Source of the DNA: an uncultured Spirochaetota bacterium
Lineage (GTDB): Bacteria; Spirochaetota; Spirochaetia; SZUA-6; Fen-1364
Length of the DNA: 64,000 bases
Assembly (NCBI GenBank): GCA_963734545.1
Contig: CAVTHO010000004.1
Coordinates: 544,001-608,000 of the forward strand
Reading direction: 5' to 3'
Part shown: piece by piece, positions 39,595-49,049 of the stretch
Layout of the letters: every line of letters starts with the position of its first letter
Position numbering within the stretch: the stretch's first letter is position 1
The notes under the pieces: generated by a model
Database searches by the model: none
Seen by the model: only the letters and a program-made list of their open reading frames with translations
Told to the model about the DNA's origin: nothing
Position numbers and translations under genes: made by a program

Positions 39595-40001
39595 AAATCG
39601 CCTCGATGCTGAACGACGTCTTCGCCTCCCTCTTCAAGCGGCCCTTCACCGAGCTCTATCCCTACGCCGTGCACCCCGCCCCCGCGCGCCTGCGCGGCAA
39701 GCTCCTCTGGGAGGAAAGCAAGTGCAAGGGGTGCATGCTCTGCGTGAAGGACTGCCCCGCCCGGGCAATCGAGATCGACGTGGCGGACAGGGCGGCGAAG
39801 AAGTACGTGTTCCACTACCACATCGACAGGTGCATCTACTGCGCCCAGTGCGTGGCGAGCTGCAAGGAGAACGCGCTCTCCATGTCGAGCGAGCTCTACC
39901 ACCTCGCCTCGACGGACAAGAAGAAGTTCACCGAGGTCTACCGCGGCGCGGGGGAAGGCGCCTGCGTGGAGGAAGCGGCCCCCGAGGAAGAGGCGCCGTA
40001 G
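39591..40001 (+). CDS. hydrogenase-2 2x[4Fe-4S] subunit (NuoI-like)
   Basis: CKGCMLCVKDCP and CIYCAQCVASC. Confidence 0.9.
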   Translation: MKIASMLNDVFASLFKRPFTELYPYAVHPAPARLRGKLLWEESKCKGCMLCVKDCPARAIEIDVADRAAKKYVFHYHIDRCIYCAQCVASCKENALSMSSELYHLASTDKKKFTEVYRGAGEGACVEEAAPEEEAP

Positions 40002-42041
40002 GATATCTCCGCCCTGGCGAGTGAAGGCCTGCCCTTGGGCACGAGGTCCCCGCTCACGGGCACGGGCACGATGACAAAGGGAATGCCGAGCTGGTGCAGC
40101 CGCCTCTGCACGGCAAAGGTGACATAGTTGTAGAGCACGCGGGAGAGTATGGTCTCCTCTTTGAAGACGATACGGCCGCCGAAGAAGATGCAGTTCGGGT
40201 AGTCGGTGAACATCTTTCCGGCCAAGCCGCAGATCTCATCCACCACGTCGGTGCCGATCAGGGGAAAGCCGCGGCCGTAGAGCCCCTCGCTGCGCACGAA
40301 GCTCACGTACCTGTCCAGACTCTCCTTGATGTGCGTCTCGAGCTTTTCCAGCTCGTCTTTTCCCTTGAAACGCTCCGCGTCGATGATGCCTGCCTGGATG
40401 AAGAAAAAATTCCGCACCCCCTTGCCGAAAAGACGCACCACATTGAAAAGCGTATGCAGGCCCATCCCGTTGTAGCCGCTGACCAGGATCACGGCCGTCT
40501 TTGCCCGGGGGCTGTAGCGGGGGCTCCTGCGCCTGCCCTTCCCGCCATGGTTGTCGGCCCGGGAGGCCTCCACCACCTGTACAAGGGTGTCGAGGTGAGT
40601 CAACTGCTTCTGCGTCTGCCTGTAAAACCGCCTGATCGCAACCGCCACGAGCATGAGGGATCCGGTGACGAACAGCGTGATCCAGCCGCCTTCTCCGAAC
40701 TTGATCACGATCATCGTGAGAAGAATGAAAACCGTGAGCACGAGCCCGACGCCGTTCACCAGTATCTTCCTCCACCAGCGGCGCTCGGTCTGCCGGGCGC
40801 GCCACCAATGCAGCACCATTCCGAGCTGTGAAAAGAAGAAAGTGATGAAGACGTTGATGCTGTAGAGGACGACCATGAACTTGACGGATCCCCGCGTGAG
40901 GAAAAGGAGAATGAGTGCCGCAGCCCCGGTGAGCAGAATGCCGTTCTTGATGACGAACCGCTCACTGAGGAGGCTGAACTGCTGGGGAAACCACCGGTCC
41001 ATGGACATGTAGGAGAGCACGCGGGGAGCGCTGAGAAAGCCTGTCTGTGCCGCCGCGAAGAGGAGAGCCGCCTCGGAAAGGAGCGTGAGCGTCACGAAAA
41101 CGCCGCCCATTGGGCCCCACCCCGCCGGTGAGCCGGCCGAACAGGGTGGCGTTCAACGTCTTGCCCGCCTCGTGGCGCACGTCGAAGATCAGGTAGCCGA
41201 TCATCAGGCCCGCGGCCAGAAAGGCCAGGGAGATCGCCATGTAGCGCATCGTGGTCTTGGCCGTCTTGACTCGGGGCTCGCGAAGGATCGGCATGGCATT
41301 GCTCACCGCTTCGATGCCGGTGAAGGTCCCCGCCCCCATGCTGTACGCGCGCAGTATCAGGAACAGGACCCCGAAGCTCCCCACTTCCACCGAGGTCTGC
41401 CGCACCTCCTGGGCCGTCCGGGAGGCAAGCACGCCGAACTGAGGAATATTGGCCGCAACGGCGTAGACCACGGCGACAACATGCATGAGGATGAAGATCA
41501 GAAAGACCGGCGTGAGGGTCATGACGGATTCCCTGACACCCCGGAAGTTCAGCAGGATCAGAAGAATCACGCCGCCTGCGGCAACCACGAGCTTCAGCGG
41601 CTGGTAGCTTATGGGCAGGGAGCTGAAGATTGCGTCGGTCCCGCTCGCAATGGAAAGCGCGATGGTGAGAACGTAGTCCACCAGCAGCGCGCACCCCGAG
41701 GCCATGCCCAGCGTCGGGTTGAGAAGCTTGCTCGCAACGACGTAGCCCCCGCCGCCGCCCGGGAACACCTCGACGATCTGCGAGTAGCTTGCCGCGATCA
41801 CGAATATCGTGAGCGCAGTGGCGGCCGCCACGAAGATCCCCAGGGGCACGTGGTTCCCCAGGGCGAGAAAGGCCTCCTCGGGGCCGTAGCTGGAGGAGGT
41901 CAGCCCGTCCGAGCCCAGGCCCACCCATGCAAGGAGGGCGACAAGGGATATCTTCTGAAAGAGCGCGGGATCGTCGACGGAGCGCGCGCCGCCGATCACG
42001 AAGTCTTTCACACGGTGCAGGATTCGGGACGCTGTCGTCAT
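39938..42041 (-). CDS. APC-superfamily transporter, KimA/YdaO-like (probable K+ importer); frameshift near 41115
   Basis: SDGLTSSSYGPEE, FPGGGGGYVVA, LLVDYVLT, FTGIEAVSN, IKFGEGGW; two ORFs join into one. Confidence 0.8.
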
Positions 42042-42092
42042 TCAGTGGGATCTTACCCGTGTCCGTGGCGCGGATGCAATCCCCGACACGCC

Positions 42093-42121
42093 TTGAATTG
42101 GACGTTTCGCGAGTGTACAAT
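42093..42121 (+). promoter_or_regulatory. putative exbBD promoter
   Basis: TTGAAT-17 bp-TACAAT. Confidence 0.6.
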
Positions 42122-42159
42122 GTCTAGGCGCGATTCAACCTGGTCTCAAGGAGCAAGAG

Positions 42160-42780
42160 ATGTTTGCCGGTAAAACCCTGCTGGAAGTCCTCGCAATGGG
42201 CGGAATCACGATGTACGTGCTTCTGCTCTGCTCCGTTCTCTCTCTGGGCGTCATCATCGACCGGCTGGCCAGCTATTGGAGAAAGTCGCGCGTGCAGCGT
42301 GACGCGTTCATGGACCGGGTCAGGGACGAGCTGAAGAAGAAGGACCTCGAGCGGGCCGTCGAGATCTGCCGCGACGTCGAGGCTCCCTTTGCAAAGGTCG
42401 TGCTCGCCGGCCTCGAGAAGGCGGGGCGGACCGAGAAGCTCATCACGGGGGTCATGGAGCGGCAGATCACCATGGAGGTGGGCAAGCTGGAACGGCTCAC
42501 GAGCATCGTGGGCACCATCGGCAACATCGCCGTGTATGTCGGGCTGTTCGGCACGGTGCTGGGAATCATCCGCGCTTTCCACGACATCTCCCTCGCGGGT
42601 ACCGGTGGAATGGACGTGGTCATCGGAGGCGTGGCGGAAGCGCTCATCACCACGGCAACCGGTCTGGCGGTCGCCGTGCCGTCGGTCGTGCTGTACAACT
42701 ATTTCAGCAGGCGTATCGAGCGTTTCGTGAGCGACATGCAGCTCGCCGCCTCGGAGGTCGTCGACCTGGTGGCCAGATAA
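42160..42780 (+). CDS. exbB: ExbB/TolQ proton channel protein
   Basis: VGLFGTVLGII, GVAEALITTATGLAVAVP. Confidence 0.88.
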   Translation: MFAGKTLLEVLAMGGITMYVLLLCSVLSLGVIIDRLASYWRKSRVQRDAFMDRVRDELKKKDLERAVEICRDVEAPFAKVVLAGLEKAGRTEKLITGVMERQITMEVGKLERLTSIVGTIGNIAVYVGLFGTVLGIIRAFHDISLAGTGGMDVVIGGVAEALITTATGLAVAVPSVVLYNYFSRRIERFVSDMQLAASEVVDLVAR

Positions 42781-42781
42781 C

Positions 42782-43189
42782 ATGCGGACCTACCGTCATC
42801 GCCGCCGCGAGCTCTTCGAGGGCATCAACATCACCCCTTTCACGGACGTGGTGCTCGTCCTGCTGATCATCTTCATGATCGCCACCCCCCTCCTGATCCG
42901 CTCGGAGATCAAGGTGAACCTGCCCCGCACGTCGAACGCCGAAGCGGCGCCGCAAAAGACCCTGGTGATCACGATCGATGCGGCGGGCGGCGTGTACGTG
43001 GAGGGCGCGCGCACGGCGCTCGCAAACCTCAGGCCCGGTCTTGTCGCGGCGCTTGCGAAACGCCCCGGCTCGCCGGTGATCATCATGGGGGACAGGGACG
43101 TGCGCTACGACCTCGTGATCAGGGTGCTGGAAATCGCCCGTTCAGCCGGGGTCAACCGTCTCTCCCTGGCGGTGGAAGTCAGAAAGTAG
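42782..43189 (+). CDS. exbD: ExbD/TolR protein
   Basis: INITPFTDVVLVLLIIFMI, VNLP, GDRDVRY. Confidence 0.9.
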   Translation: MRTYRHRRRELFEGINITPFTDVVLVLLIIFMIATPLLIRSEIKVNLPRTSNAEAAPQKTLVITIDAAGGVYVEGARTALANLRPGLVAALAKRPGSPVIIMGDRDVRYDLVIRVLEIARSAGVNRLSLAVEVRK

Positions 43190-43210
43190 AGCACGGCCCC
43201 GGAGGCGGAC

Positions 43211-43270
43211 CGGCCTGAATCCGCGGAGTACCGCGGCGCGGCCTGAATCCGCGGAGTACCGCGGCGCGGC
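43211..43270 (+). repeat. perfect 28-bp tandem duplication of repeat family B
   Basis: CGGCCTGAATCCGCGGAGTACCGCGGCG twice, plus CGGC. Confidence 0.9.
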
Positions 43271-43373
43271 GTTCCCGCGAGTAACACGAAACGCCGCCGA
43301 ATGTGTTTCATCCCTCGACAGGCCGGTATCCGGCCGCTTATACTGCGCATGATCGATCACAAAGGAGGCTGCC

Positions 43374-43883
43374 ATGGATCAACGGTCGAGGTCCGCCCTC
43401 GTGGTGGGAACGATCCTCATCCTGCTGGGAGTATTCTTCCTGGTCACGCGGTTCGTGCCGGGTATCCTGGACACGTTCTCCTGGCCGTTCGTGGTCATTG
43501 GAGTCGGCGTCATCTTCATGATCCTGGCCATTGCCACGTGGACCCCCGGATTGGCGGTGCCCGCGTGCATCATCGCCGGCATCGGCTGCATTCTCTACTG
43601 GCAGAACAGCACGGGCCAGTGGTGGACGTGGTCCTTTGCATGGGCGCTCATTCCCGGTTTTGTCGGCGTGGGAGTGGCGGTGAGCGAGCTTCTGGAGGGA
43701 CGCCCGCTCAAAGCGCTGGTAGAAGGGGGCTGGCCCATCGTCATCAGTCTCCTGCTGTTCTTCCTCTTCGGCTCCTTCTTCGGCGGCGTGCCCTGGCTGG
43801 GTCCCTGGTGGGCCGTGGTTCTTATCGCGATCGGCGTCCTCGTGATTCTGCAGCCTCTGATTAGAAAAGGAAAGGGAAACTGA
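43374..43883 (+). CDS. integral membrane protein (LiaF-TM/DUF5668-like repeats)
   Basis: Repeated WP-hydrophobic-G helices; RBS AAGGAGG. Confidence 0.6.
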   Translation: MDQRSRSALVVGTILILLGVFFLVTRFVPGILDTFSWPFVVIGVGVIFMILAIATWTPGLAVPACIIAGIGCILYWQNSTGQWWTWSFAWALIPGFVGVGVAVSELLEGRPLKALVEGGWPIVISLLLFFLFGSFFGGVPWLGPWWAVVLIAIGVLVILQPLIRKGKGN

Positions 43884-43884
43884 C

Positions 43885-44718
43885 ATGAGACGTTGGAGCT
43901 TCGTTGTCGGGGCAGTCCTCATCGTTCTCGGGGTGCTGGCAATCCTCCAGACGGCACTGAACGTCCTGGGCGTCGCGTTCCGCATCGGCTGGATCTTCTG
44001 GCCCCTGCTGCTTATCGGCGTGGGCGTCTGGTTCATCATGGGCTTTGCCGGCGGCGGCTTCGCCCGGGGCGATCGCGGGGGCGTGACACGCGAGCAATCC
44101 GCCCTCCCCCTCGAGGGCGCGACCGAGGCAGCCATCACCGTCCGGCACGGTGCCGGTCGGCTCACGATGAGCGGCGGTGCCGGTTCCGACCAGCTCCTGA
44201 CCGGCAGCTTCGGAGGCGGGCTGGACGCCACCCGCAGGAGTGAGGGCGGCAGGCTCACGGTGGACATGAGGGTGAAAGACCGTGACGTGTCGCATTACAT
44301 CTTCCCGTGGGGCCGCGGCTGGGCAGGCGTGCTGGACTGGGATATCGCGCTGAATCCCTCCATTCCCCTTTCCCTGCGCCTGGAGACGGGGGCAAGTGAA
44401 AGCAGGCTGTCCCTCACGGACGTTCAGGTACGCGAGCTCAGCATCAAGACCGGCGCAAGCTCCACGACCGTCGACCTTCCCCGGGCAGCGGGCTTCACTC
44501 GTGTGCACGTGGAGTCCGGCGCCGCCGCAATAAAGCTCCGGGTGCCGCAGGGCGTGGCCGCGTCCATCCAGGTGAAGAGCGCGCTGGCCGGTATTCACGT
44601 GGACAAGGCCCGATTCCCCCTCGCCGCCTCCGGCTACGCCTCCGCGGACTATGCCGGGGCCGCAAACAAAGTGGAAATCTTCGTCGAGACGGGCGTGGGA
44701 TCGGTGGACATCTATTAG
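43885..44718 (+). CDS. LiaF/DUF2154-like protein (TM helices plus GxG beta-solenoid)
   Basis: FWPLLLIGVG; repeated ETGAS/KTGAS/ESGAA/ETGVG turns. Confidence 0.6.
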   Translation: MRRWSFVVGAVLIVLGVLAILQTALNVLGVAFRIGWIFWPLLLIGVGVWFIMGFAGGGFARGDRGGVTREQSALPLEGATEAAITVRHGAGRLTMSGGAGSDQLLTGSFGGGLDATRRSEGGRLTVDMRVKDRDVSHYIFPWGRGWAGVLDWDIALNPSIPLSLRLETGASESRLSLTDVQVRELSIKTGASSTTVDLPRAAGFTRVHVESGAAAIKLRVPQGVAASIQVKSALAGIHVDKARFPLAASGYASADYAGAANKVEIFVETGVGSVDIY

Positions 44719-44805
44719 CGCGCCGCCCGAAGGCGTAGCCAAGGATGGCGAGGTCGGCCGAGGCCAGGGATGGCCGAAAGGCCGACGCGGCTATCCACGC
44801 GAGGG
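44719..44805 (+). repeat. dispersed palindromic repeat family A, copy 2
   Basis: Near-identical to 1291-1378; directly after a TAG stop. Confidence 0.85.
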
Positions 44806-44863
44806 TTTGGCTGCCTTTTGCTTGCCATCGCCCTGCAGGGCTAATCGCGGACGCCGGCGCTCT

Positions 44864-44887
44864 TGAATCCGCGGAATACCGCGGCGC
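44864..44887 (+). repeat. repeat family B, single copy
   Basis: TGAATCCGCGGAATACCGCGGCGC. Confidence 0.8.
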
Positions 44888-44958
44888 TTTGCCTTTCCCG
44901 TGAGGCGCAAGTATCTTATTCCCACAGGAGTAGAGACTGCTGCACCCCGGCAGGGCGC

Positions 44959-46269
44959 TTGCGTTTCCCAAGGGCAGGCTTCTGGCGCTGCTCGTGATCG
45001 GAACGGCGGTGCTTTGTTCCTGCCAGGTTCGGGGTGCCAGGACGAGCGTTTTCCTTCGGGCGCTTGCCCCCGGTCCGGCCTCATCTGCTACCTCGCACCA
45101 GAAGGGAACATCAGGCTCATCGATCCCAGAACCGGACACCAGCGGGCCCTCACCGACGATGCCGGGCAGGAACGCGGATGGCGCGGTGGTCTACGCCGCC
45201 CCGACGTGGTCTCCGGACAGCTCGCTCATAGCCTTCGCGCGCATTTCCGTGAGCGGAGACGCGACCCTCAACGACGCGTCCCTGTACACCGTGGCTATCG
45301 ATGGAAAACGGCTCTCGCGCCTGCTCTCCGGCACACGGCTGCAGCCATTCTATCTCTTCTGGTCACCGGATTCCCGCCGTGTCAGCCTGCTCTCCCAGGT
45401 GCGCGGGGAGAACGCGCTGGAGCTCGGCATTGCCACGGCGGGCGCCGATGGAGACTATCGCAGCCTGGACGGTGGAGCTCCTGTGTACTGGGACTGGCTG
45501 GGTGACGGCCGGACGGTGGTCGCGCATGTGAATGGAGGAAGGAACGCGAGGGGCGATGAGAGACTGTCTGTCCTGAAAGTCGACTCGGCGTCTGTTCGCT
45601 CGGACGTCAATGTGGAAGGCGGCTTCTTCCAGGCGCCGAATATCTCACCTGACGGCAGGAGTTTTGTCTACGCTTCTTCCAGCCTGTCGGGCTTCACGCT
45701 GCACCTTCGCGCCCTTGACGGCTCCGCGGACCGCGACATCGCGACGGGTGAAGGGGGGACCTTCTTCTCCCTCTCGTCGGACGGGAAGCGTCTTGCCTAC
45801 CTTTCCGCCGCTGCCATGCAGCCGTTTCCCCTCGGCAAGCTCACGATCGTGGACCTTGCCGGAAGCGCAAGAGCCAGGACAGTGGAGGACGCGCCCGTGC
45901 TGGCGTTCTTCTGGGCTCCCAACGGCCGCAGCCTGGCCTACATCGTGCCGGAGACCAACGGGAATATCGACCCGCAGTTCCTGCACTCCGATGAGACTCC
46001 CTACCTGAGGCTGGTCGGCTGTGACGCGGCCACCGGGCAAGACGTGGACCATCGCCCGGTTTCCGCCCACGCGCGGTATCTTCAGTGTTCTCCCGTTCTT
46101 CGATCAGTTCCAGCGGTCCGCGACAATATGGTCGCCGGACAGCCGTTACATCCTGTTCACCGCGCTGACAATGGATGGATCCCCGGGCCTTTTTATTGCG
46201 CGAGCCGACCGCACGGTCACGCCGCGGTTTCTCACTGACGGGGATTACGCCTTCTGGTCCTGGAAGTAG
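44959..46269 (+). CDS. TolB-like/PD40 beta-propeller probable lipoprotein; several frameshifts, start uncertain
   Basis: Repeated WSPD/SPDG/WAPNG motifs; LLALLVIGTAVLCSC lipobox-like segment; C-terminus in ORF 46021-46269. Confidence 0.7.
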
Positions 46270-46305
46270 TGGGAAGCTGACCGCGGCGGGGAGCCAAGAA
46301 TAAGA

Positions 46306-46335
46306 AACATGCTCAAACGTACGTTTGAGCATGTT
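46306..46335. repeat. perfect 30-bp palindrome
   Basis: AACATGCTCAAACGT|ACGTTTGAGCATGTT. Confidence 0.9.
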
Positions 46336-46379
46336 CGAGCTACGTACCCTGGCAGGCGTGAATGTACATTTGAACGCGT

Positions 46380-46443
46380 TCAGCCCTATGGCTGCACTCA
46401 GCCCTATGGCTGTACTCAGCCCTCGTTGGCTGTACTCAGCCCT
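46380..46443. repeat. 18-20-bp tandem repeat, about 3.5 copies
   Basis: TCAGCCCT(AT/CGT)..GGCTG(C/T)AC units; the last copy carries the aminotransferase stop. Confidence 0.85.
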
Positions 46444-47764
46444 TGACCAGCGTGTCGGTGTAGGCCAGTCCCTTCTCGATGGTCTCTACCATCTCGTCGA
46501 TCTGCTGCTTGTTGATGATGATGGGCGGCGAGATGAATATGTAGTCCCAGTTGCAGTACAGGTACAGGCCGTTGTCCATGAATATCTTGCCCAGGGGACC
46601 CGAGACATTGCGGATCGAGTCATTGAAACCGGCAAGCGGCGTCTTGGTCTTCTTGTCCGCCACCAGCTCGATGCAGGCCCACAGGCCCACGCAGCGGGTG
46701 TCCCCCACCGAGGGGTGCTTGCCCTCGAGCTCCTTGAGCTTCTTCGCGAGGTAGCGGCCGTTCTCCGCCGACTGCTCGATGAGGTTTTCCTTCTTGTAGA
46801 CCTCGATGTTGGCGATCCCGCAGGCGCACGCCAGCGCGTGGCCGGTGTAGGTAAGGCCGCTCACGAACTTCCGCTCCTGGAAGTAGTCCCAGATCTTCTT
46901 GCTCCAGATCGTGGCGCCGAGCTGAATGTAGCCGGAGGTGATGCCTTTGGCCGTGCTGATGATGTCCGGCACGATGTCGTAGTGATCGATGCCGAACCAT
47001 TTTCCCGACCGGCCCCAGGCGGCCATGACCTCGTCCGAGATGAGAAGGATCCCGTTCTCGTCGCAGAGCTGGCGCAGGCCCTTCATGTAGCTCTTGGGCG
47101 GCGGGATGATCCCGTTGGTGCCGACGATCGGCTCGATGATGATGGCGGCGACACTCTTGGGGTTGTCGTACATGAGCTGCTCTTTGAGAACGGCGAGAGT
47201 CTTCTGGCCGCACTCCTCCTCGTCCTTTGAGCCGAAGGGGCAGCGGTACGGATACGGACCAAAGAAGTGCACCACACCGGGGATGCCCGGCTCTGCGGGC
47301 CAGCGGCGCGGGTCTCCCGTCAACGTGATGGCTCCCGCCGTGGCGCCGTGGTAGCTCTTCCAGGCCGCGTAGATCTTGTGCCGGCCGGTGAACCAGCGCG
47401 CGGACTTGATGGCGTTCTCGTTCGCCTCGGCCCCGCCGTTGGTGAACAGCACGTAGTCCAGGTCTCCCGGGGTCACCTCTGCCACCATTGCGGCGAGCTT
47501 TGACTTCGCCTCGGTGCTGAACCCGGGGGACACGAAGCAGAGCTTGTCCATCTGCGCCTTCATGGCGTCAATGACGTGCTTGTTGCCGTGCCCCAGGTTG
47601 ATGTTCAGGAGTCCCGCGCAGCCGTCCATGATCCGGCGGCCGTCCGTGTCGTACATGTAGATGCCGTCGGCATGATCGATCACCTTGGGCAGCCAGCCGC
47701 CCTGGGCCTTCCAGCTGTAGATGACGTGTTCGCGGTCCAGCTTCTGCAGTTGCTCGGTATTCAT
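46436..47764 (-). CDS. class III PLP aminotransferase (probable beta-alanine aminotransferase)
   Basis: FTNGGAEANE, SYHG, EPIVG, DEVMAAWGRSG, TAKGITSG; pyrimidine catabolism context. Confidence 0.88.
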   Translation of the reverse strand: MNTEQLQKLDREHVIYSWKAQGGWLPKVIDHADGIYMYDTDGRRIMDGCAGLLNINLGHGNKHVIDAMKAQMDKLCFVSPGFSTEAKSKLAAMVAEVTPGDLDYVLFTNGGAEANENAIKSARWFTGRHKIYAAWKSYHGATAGAITLTGDPRRWPAEPGIPGVVHFFGPYPYRCPFGSKDEEECGQKTLAVLKEQLMYDNPKSVAAIIIEPIVGTNGIIPPPKSYMKGLRQLCDENGILLISDEVMAAWGRSGKWFGIDHYDIVPDIISTAKGITSGYIQLGATIWSKKIWDYFQERKFVSGLTYTGHALACACGIANIEVYKKENLIEQSAENGRYLAKKLKELEGKHPSVGDTRCVGLWACIELVADKKTKTPLAGFNDSIRNVSGPLGKIFMDNGLYLYCNWDYIFISPPIIINKQQIDEMVETIEKGLAYTDTLVKG

Positions 47765-47780
47765 TCCCTCTCCTCTCCCC

Positions 47781-49026
47781 TCAGAGCTCGTTCGCCGTTT
47801 TCAGCAGGGCGTGCAGAAGCACGTTCGCCCCCGCCTCGCAATCGCTCCCATTTTGTGTTTTCCACTTCGACATGGCTCCGGCCGCCGATGCTCGGCACGA
47901 ATATCATTGCCGTGGGGCATACCTGGTTCATGTAGCTCGCATCGTGCCCGGCGCCGCTCACCATGTGCAGGTGTGGAGTAGCCCAAGTTCCTTCGCGGTG
48001 TCCAGCACCCTCTGCACCAGCTTCTCGTCGAATGGCGCGTGGGCAACACGCCACGTTTCGTCTATCCGCATCGGGGTTCCCCGGCGCCCGGCTATCCCGG
48101 CAAAATCCTTCTTCAAGAGCTCCCAGGCTTTCAAGGCATGGTCGTCATCCCAGGACCGAATGTCAACGGTGAAATGCACCTTGTCCGGAATGATGTTGCG
48201 CGAGTTGGGATAGTTCTGGATCTCCCCGACCGTGGCGACCATGTTGCCCTTCATCCGATCCGGCAGCGTGTTCACCGCGAGGATCATCTCCGCGGCGGCG
48301 CACAAGGCGTCCTTCCTGCCCTCCATGGGGGTCGGGCCCACCTGGTTCGCCTCCCCCTCCAGGTACACGTCGTACCAGTGCAGGCAGAGGATGCCCTTGG
48401 GAGCGCCGATGGTCTTGCCCTGCCTCTCCAGCATGGGGCCCTGCTCGATATGGTACTCGAAGTACGCATGCGCGGGCCATTTCTTCGCCGGGATCGTGCC
48501 CTTGTATCCGATCCGCTGCAGCTCCTCCCCGAATACCTTCCCGTCCTTGTCCGTCCGCGCGTACACCCAGTCGCGCTGCAGCGCGCCGGCCCACACTCCC
48601 GATGCCACCATGGCGGGCGCGAACCGCGAGCCTTCCTCATTTGTCCAGTCCACGATGTACAAGCGGCCGCTCGGTCTGCACCTTGTTGTCGTGAGGGTGC
48701 GCATGACCTCCAGGGCGCCCATGACCCCGAGGATCCCGTCGAACCTGCCGCCCCGGGGCTGGGAGTCCACGTGGGAGCCGCTCATCACGGGGGGAAGAGC
48801 GTCGTTCGTTCCCGGTCCTGCGGCCGAAGATGTTGCCCATCTCGTCGATGGTCACGCTCGAAGTCGATCTCCTTCAGCCACTTCACGAAGAGATCGCGCG
48901 CTCTCTTGTCCTCGTCCGACAGGGTGAGCCGCTGCACGCCGCCGCCGGCGTGGCGCCGATCTTCGCCATCTCCTCCAGGCTGGCGCGCAGACGCGCGCCG
49001 TTGACCCGCAGCTTTGATGTGTCCAT
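47781..49026 (-). CDS. M20 Zn amidohydrolase (beta-ureidopropionase/carbamoylase type), about 8 single-base indels; pseudogene or sequencing error
   Basis: GSHVDSQPRGGRFDG, WTNEEGSRF, EYHIEQG, SGAGHDA, SHVEVE motifs spread over different frames. Confidence 0.8.
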
Positions 49027-49049
49027 GCGTTGCCCTCCCGAAAAAGCGC

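Noticed and set aside
7146-40001. Calling the two operons NADH dehydrogenase (nuo) or Mbx/Ehr-type
   Set aside because: Both large subunits retain four NiFe cysteines, a maturation protease is present and NuoEFG is absent
42042-42159. c-di-AMP (ydaO) riboswitch upstream of the KimA-like gene
   Set aside because: The 118-bp gap is filled by two divergent promoter-like motifs and no aptamer consensus is visible
46380-46443. Mini CRISPR array (also considered for 43211-43270)
   Set aside because: Units are contiguous with no unique spacers, and there are no cas genes
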